Of a stretch of 32,000 bases of DNA, positions 28,021 through 32,000 are shown one piece after another. The translations under genes and the position numbers were made by a program. The notes below the pieces were generated by a model. That model was not told the DNA's origin and did no database searches. It worked only from the letters and a program-made list of their open reading frames with translations. Position 1 is the first letter of the stretch. The number at the start of each line of letters is the position of its first letter. The stretch is from Synechococcus elongatus PCC 6301 (lineage in GTDB: Bacteria > Cyanobacteriota > Cyanobacteriia > Synechococcales > Synechococcaceae), in the NCBI RefSeq assembly GCF_000010065.1, contig NC_006576.1, forward strand, positions 1,950,001 to 1,982,000, in the 5' to 3' direction.

Positions 28021-29055
28021 ATGATGCTGGACGATTGGTTTGCTGAAATTGCGGCGCTCCAAGCCTGCCATTCGCCCAGTGGTTGGGAGGGCGAGATTGA
28101 CACTTATCTCCAGCAGCGTTTTCAGGCTGTGGGGTGCAGCCCTGAGCAAGATGAAGCGGGCAATCTGATTGTGCGGATTGAAGGCGATCGCCCGGAGGTG
28201 ATTGCAGTCACGGCTCACAAGGACGAAATCGGCATGATTGTCGAGGCGATCGCGCCGGAGGGTCGGGTGCGGGTCAATCGACTGGGCGGCTCCTATCCCT
28301 GGATTTACGGTGAAGGGCCGGTGGAGTTGCTGGGCGATGGCGCGATCGTGCCTGGCATCCTTAGTTTCGGGTCGCGCCATATTTCCCACGCTTCGCCCCA
28401 AAAAGCCTTGCAGGTAGATAAAGCGCTGACGTGGCCCGATACATGGATTGAGACGAAACAGTCACTGGAAGCATTGCAAGCTGCTGGTGTACGGCCTGGA
28501 ACTCGCGTGGTAGTCAGCCGCGATCGCAAACGACCGCAGCGGCTAGGGCAACACATCGCCGGCTATGCCCTCGACAACAAAGCCTCGCTAGCCATTCTGC
28601 TGGATTTGGCTGCGCAGCTAAAACGACCGCGCTACACCGTTCATCTGATCGCCTCAGCCAAAGAGGAAGTTGGTGCAGTCGGTGCCCTGTTCCATAGTCA
28701 ACGCCAGCGGTTAGCTGCTTTGATTGCGCTGGAAATCATTCCGGTTGCGCCGGAATACCCGATCGCTGCCAGTGAAGCGCCGGTTTTGCTCTCTCAAGAT
28801 GCCTATGGGCTCTACGATGAAGACCTAAATCGAGCGTTACGGCAGGCCGCGATCGCAATCGATTTGCCAATTCAAGAAGCGATTCTGCAGGGCTTTGGTA
28901 GCGACGGCTCGATCGCCATGAAATTTGGCCATGTTCCCCGTGCCGCCTGCCTAGGCTTTGCCACCGATAACACCCATGGCTATGAAATTGCCGACCTCGC
29001 TGCGATCGCCCACTGTAGTCGCTGGCTGCAGCAGTACCTCCAGCCACAGCAGTAG
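28021..29055 (+). CDS. M42 family metallopeptidase (glutamyl aminopeptidase / FrvX-like)
   Basis: The track ORF starts at TTG 28015; the first ATG is at 28021. Motifs: SPSGWEGEI, NLIVRIEG, AVTAHKDEIGMIV, ALDNKASLAILL, EEVGAVGA. Confidence 0.85.
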   Translation: MMLDDWFAEIAALQACHSPSGWEGEIDTYLQQRFQAVGCSPEQDEAGNLIVRIEGDRPEVIAVTAHKDEIGMIVEAIAPEGRVRVNRLGGSYPWIYGEGPVELLGDGAIVPGILSFGSRHISHASPQKALQVDKALTWPDTWIETKQSLEALQAAGVRPGTRVVVSRDRKRPQRLGQHIAGYALDNKASLAILLDLAAQLKRPRYTVHLIASAKEEVGAVGALFHSQRQRLAALIALEIIPVAPEYPIAASEAPVLLSQDAYGLYDEDLNRALRQAAIAIDLPIQEAILQGFGSDGSIAMKFGHVPRAACLGFATDNTHGYEIADLAAIAHCSRWLQQYLQPQQ

Positions 29056-29083
29056 GATTGAGAGCGAATCAAGGTCGCGGTGA

Positions 29084-29821
29084 ATGACAGCAGAACCGGC
29101 GAAGGGGCCGCAAGCAGAGGATTGGGATGATTGGGTCGATGCGGATCCAGAGTCGGCAACAGCGCTGACGCCCGCCGCGATCGCAGCCCGCACAGAACCT
29201 CAAGGTCCTCTGGCGCTGGTGGAAACCGCGTTTATGGCCAGCGCCGCCGCACTACTGTGGTTGGTCAATTACTTCTTCCCGCTCGGCCCTGTCCTGCGAG
29301 TCCTGTTCCCGTTACCGATCGCCTTGCTCTACCGCCGCTGGGGTCTACGCAGCGCTTGGTTAGGCGCGATCGTCGCCAGTCTGTTGCTGTTTGTTTTGCT
29401 TGGCCCGACGCGCGGCATTCTCTTCTTGTTGCCGCCGGGCTGTCTGGGGGTCCTCTTGGGTTGCTGTTGGCAACGGCGGCTCTCTTGGGGTTGGTCGATT
29501 CTGCTGGGCGGTGGCCTCGAGACGATCGGTTTCTTCTTCCGCCTGTGGGTGCTGTCCGTGCTGTTGGGCGAAGACATCTGGACCTATGTGACCGCCCAAG
29601 CCACCGGCTTTCTAGAGTGGCTGACGGGGGTGCTGGGTTGGTTAGTCCAGATACCGCTCTCGACGGTGCAAGCAGTCGCCTTTGCGATGATCACCCTCAG
29701 CAGTTTGCTCTACATTCTGGTGGTGCATGGGGTGGCTTGGGTGCTGTTCCGCCGCTTGGGAACGCCCATCCCCGCGCCGCCCCATTGGCTCCAGACGGTT
29801 CTCGATCTCGATGCGGACTGA
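29084..29821 (+). CDS. multi-pass membrane protein (DUF2232-like by recollection)
   Basis: 245 aa with an acidic N-terminus followed by several hydrophobic helices. The 3' end overlaps the next gene by 11 nt. Confidence 0.7.
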   Translation: MTAEPAKGPQAEDWDDWVDADPESATALTPAAIAARTEPQGPLALVETAFMASAAALLWLVNYFFPLGPVLRVLFPLPIALLYRRWGLRSAWLGAIVASLLLFVLLGPTRGILFLLPPGCLGVLLGCCWQRRLSWGWSILLGGGLETIGFFFRLWVLSVLLGEDIWTYVTAQATGFLEWLTGVLGWLVQIPLSTVQAVAFAMITLSSLLYILVVHGVAWVLFRRLGTPIPAPPHWLQTVLDLDAD

Positions 29822-30956
29822 CGCGATCGCCTGCTGGGGCGGTGAGGCCCAACTGTTTCCTTGGCTCACACAAGTCCAGGGGCGATCGCCCTTGCTGGCC
29901 GTCCTGCTGGCATTCACCGAGACGGCGTTGATTCCAGGCATTTCTGCTGCCGGTAAAACCCCTCGCGATCGCCGCTACACTGCCCATGCTGATGCTGAGT
30001 TTCTCTACAACGGCCCGAATCCACAGCCTCAATACCCGCTGCCTCCGCTACAGGCAGGAGCATCACCGGTCTTGATCACACGGGCCTGTGTGGAACAGTT
30101 GGCCACACCACTGTTTTTAATTGATGCTGGCCTCACGCAACCACTCCCAGTCCCTGCAATTCGCCTCAACAGTCAGCCAGCTCGCTGCCTCAGTACGGGG
30201 CAGGCCATGCCGATCGCGATCGCTCAACAACTGTTCCAGCAAGGACAAGCCCACGGGGCTGCGATCGCGGCTCAACATCCCGATCGCTGGTTGGTTCTCG
30301 GGGAATGCGTCGTCGGTGGCACCAGTACGGCCTTGGCATTGCTGTTGGCTTTAGGCATTGAAGCGGCAGGCTGTGTTAGTAGCAGCCATCCCACTTGTAA
30401 CCACGGGCAAAAATTAGCTCTCGTGCAGCAGGGTCTAGCGGCAATTCCCGATCGCCCAGCGCGATCACCTCTAGAGCTGGCAGCAGCAATCGCTGATCCC
30501 ATGTTGATTGCGGCGGCAGGAATGGCCATGGCCGTCAGTCAGACCCAGTCAGTGCTCTTGGCTGGCGGTACTCAAATGCTGGCCGCTTACGCCTTGATGG
30601 CTGCAATCGCCCAGACTGGTGTGGCATGGCAACCCGATCGCATTGCGGTGGGAACAACTCGCTGGGTGATGGTCGATCCGAGTGCTCAGGTGGCACAGTT
30701 AGGCCCCGCGATCGCTTCACGATTCGGTTGGGAACCGTTATTGCTCTCCACCCAGCTCAACTTCCAGCGATCGCGTCATGCTCAGCTGCAGGTCTATGAG
30801 CAGGGGTTTGTCAAAGAAGGGGTGGCTGCAGGAGGCATGGCGATCGCAGCTAGCTTGGCCACTGGTGCCAGTGTCGAAACCCTCAGGCAGTGGGTTGATG
30901 ACTTGGGCGATCGCGCAATCGCGGCTAGCGGTATTGCAAGTGCGGTGACTGATTGA
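29811..30956 (+). CDS. CobT-like nicotinate-nucleotide--dimethylbenzimidazole phosphoribosyltransferase homologue (archaeal/cyanobacterial type)
   Basis: ATG at 29811 (MRTDAIACWGG...). Motifs: LAFTETALIPGISAAGKTP, GECVVGGTSTALALL, LLAGGTQMLA. The track ORF from 29727 is an upstream extension. Confidence 0.82.
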   Translation: MRTDAIACWGGEAQLFPWLTQVQGRSPLLAVLLAFTETALIPGISAAGKTPRDRRYTAHADAEFLYNGPNPQPQYPLPPLQAGASPVLITRACVEQLATPLFLIDAGLTQPLPVPAIRLNSQPARCLSTGQAMPIAIAQQLFQQGQAHGAAIAAQHPDRWLVLGECVVGGTSTALALLLALGIEAAGCVSSSHPTCNHGQKLALVQQGLAAIPDRPARSPLELAAAIADPMLIAAAGMAMAVSQTQSVLLAGGTQMLAAYALMAAIAQTGVAWQPDRIAVGTTRWVMVDPSAQVAQLGPAIASRFGWEPLLLSTQLNFQRSRHAQLQVYEQGFVKEGVAAGGMAIAASLATGASVETLRQWVDDLGDRAIAASGIASAVTD

Positions 30957-31182
30957 GCACTTGTTCTTCGAGGGCAGCAATGCGGCCGTAGGCAGCGATG
31001 AGCTGAGCATGCAGCCGCTGAACTTGCGAATCCGCATCGGGGCTGGTCTCGGATGCGGCAGGGGCAGTAGCCAAGGTCGGTTGGCGCTGCTGCAACACAT
31101 GTTGGTGAAGCTCGCTCAAGACCAACCACTGGCGATCGAGTTGAGCTTGCAAGGCCTGAATTTGAGATTCCAGATCGGTCAT
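30925..31182 (-). CDS. hypothetical small coiled-coil protein
   Basis: 85-aa ATG ORF with MTDLESQIQALQAQLDRQ... and ...RLHAQLIAAYGRIAALEEQVL. It overlaps the cobT-like 3' end by 32 nt. The antisense ORF 30961..31278 is the less plausible alternative. Confidence 0.45.
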   Translation of the reverse strand: MTDLESQIQALQAQLDRQWLVLSELHQHVLQQRQPTLATAPAASETSPDADSQVQRLHAQLIAAYGRIAALEEQVLNQSPHLQYR

Positions 31183-31333
31183 GTGGGCTGGAGCAACGGC
31201 ACTTCGGTCATCTTAGGAATCAGAAGCAAGGGAACCAGCGTTGATCCCAAAGACTTAACCTTCAGGCGGTCGCTGTAGCATGACCGAGGGGTTCGCCTAG
31301 GCCAACTGGATATTTCTGAGTCGTCGCCGTTTT

Positions 31334-32000
31334 TTGCAAGCCAGTGTGGGTCTGCCGGGCCTAGCACTGGCAGGCTGCCGCTCGGCCGATCTACAACTGC
31401 TGCTGCCGGGTAACACTGTCCCTGCACCCATCCTGCGCCGCTTTCAAGATCGCACTCAGATTACGGTGCAGCTTGATCGCGCGGCGGGCCTGGTCGATAG
31501 CAGTCGTCTATTGCTGACAGAAGACCCTAGCCGCCTGCCCAATCTCTTGGGGATTGGAGATGCTTGGCTCCAGTCTGCGATCGCCTCAGGGCGACTGGCC
31601 CCCTTTAACCCCAATCACTGGCGGCATTGGACCTCGTTGCCTCAACGTTGGCGACAGCAACTGCGGCGCGATCGCCAAGGGGTGCCTAGCGAAGCAGGAG
31701 AGATTTGGGCGGCGCCCTACCGCTGGGGCACCACGATGATTGCCTTTCGCCGCGATCGCTTGACGAGCCCACTCCAAGACTGGACAGATCTGTGGCGGCC
31801 CGAACTGCGTGGCCAGCTGATCTTGCCAGATGATCCTCGCGAAGTAATTGGTCTGACGCTCAAACGGTTGGGCTGGAGCTATAACCAAGCTAATTTGGCG
31901 GAGATTCCCCAACTCGAACCTTTGCTGGCAGCCTTACAGCAACAGGTCAAGCTCTACAGCTCCCGCAACTATTTGCAGCCGTTGTTACTCGGTGATGCTC
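31334..32000 (+). CDS. PotD-like (spermidine/putrescine) ABC transporter substrate-binding lipoprotein; 3' end outside the window, 5' end problematic
   Basis: The frame is open from 31301 to the window end, so it is absent from the ORF track. Motifs: AAPYRWGTTMIAFRRD, LILPDDPREVIGL, lipobox LALAGC (Cys codon 31376-31378). 31334 is the first canonical start (TTG), but the SRRRFLQ twin-arginine motif lies upstream of it (see findings). Confidence 0.75.
   Translation, partial: MQASVGLPGLALAGCRSADLQLLLPGNTVPAPILRRFQDRTQITVQLDRAAGLVDSSRLLLTEDPSRLPNLLGIGDAWLQSAIASGRLAPFNPNHWRHWTSLPQRWRQQLRRDRQGVPSEAGEIWAAPYRWGTTMIAFRRDRLTSPLQDWTDLWRPELRGQLILPDDPREVIGLTLKRLGWSYNQANLAEIPQLEPLLAALQQQVKLYSSRNYLQPLLLGDA

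Noticed and set aside
27691-28401. 236-aa ORF on the - strand
   Set aside because: It is antisense across the Nudix / M42 peptidase junction. Both sense genes carry diagnostic motifs and the antisense product has none.
29131-29931. 266-aa ORF in an alternative + frame
   Set aside because: It overlaps the membrane-protein gene in another frame and gives an Arg/Gly/Pro-rich translation. The 29084-29821 frame gives clean hydrophobic helices.
31179-31427. 82-aa - strand ORF
   Set aside because: It overlaps the signal-peptide region of the PotD-like gene in antisense and has no motifs.

Overview
This is a cyanobacterial chromosomal window. The HIP1 octamer GCGATCGC occurs at very high density, and most genes hand-count at roughly 55-58% G+C. 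Gene content and order match what I recall of the Synechococcus elongatus PCC 7942/6301 lineage; that is recollection, not a search result. I call about 33 protein genes, one tRNA-Arg(UCU) and a few regulatory sites. I saw no rRNA, CRISPR array, transposase or integrase. Several start codons are best guesses. Layout: (1) 0-11 kb holds the 3' part of a glutamine-synthetase-family gene, then an envelope-glycan locus. Its core is a complete CMP-Kdo supply operon (kpsF-kdsB-kdsA-kdsC). The locus ends on each side in the same duplicated two-gene module: a GT8 glycosyltransferase followed by an uncharacterised GT-B-like protein with an HP motif. It also holds a large O-antigen-ligase-like membrane protein. 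(2) 11-19.4 kb holds housekeeping and sensor genes: Fe-ADH-like dehydrogenase, alpha/beta hydrolase, DUF554-like membrane protein, soluble DICT-GAF histidine kinase, a conserved hypothetical, a TPR protein, and an Amt ammonium transporter with a perfect NtcA box upstream. (3) 19.7-24 kb is a compositionally atypical stretch next to tRNA-Arg. It holds a 731-codon fusion of P-loop kinase, winged HTH, WYL and WCX domains, three small ORFs (the first divergent from the fusion gene), and a 585-bp AT-rich segment without HIP1. (4) 24-32 kb holds chlD, a stand-alone Cas4/RecB-like nuclease with Fe-S cysteines, the string folK-nudix-M42 peptidase-membrane protein-cobT-like, and a PotD-like binding protein whose twin-arginine lipoprotein signal is cut off from its only ATG by an in-frame TAG. 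The best candidates for undescribed biology are the kinase-WYL fusion with its divergent small-ORF cluster, and the mirrored GT8 + HP-glycosyltransferase Kdo locus.
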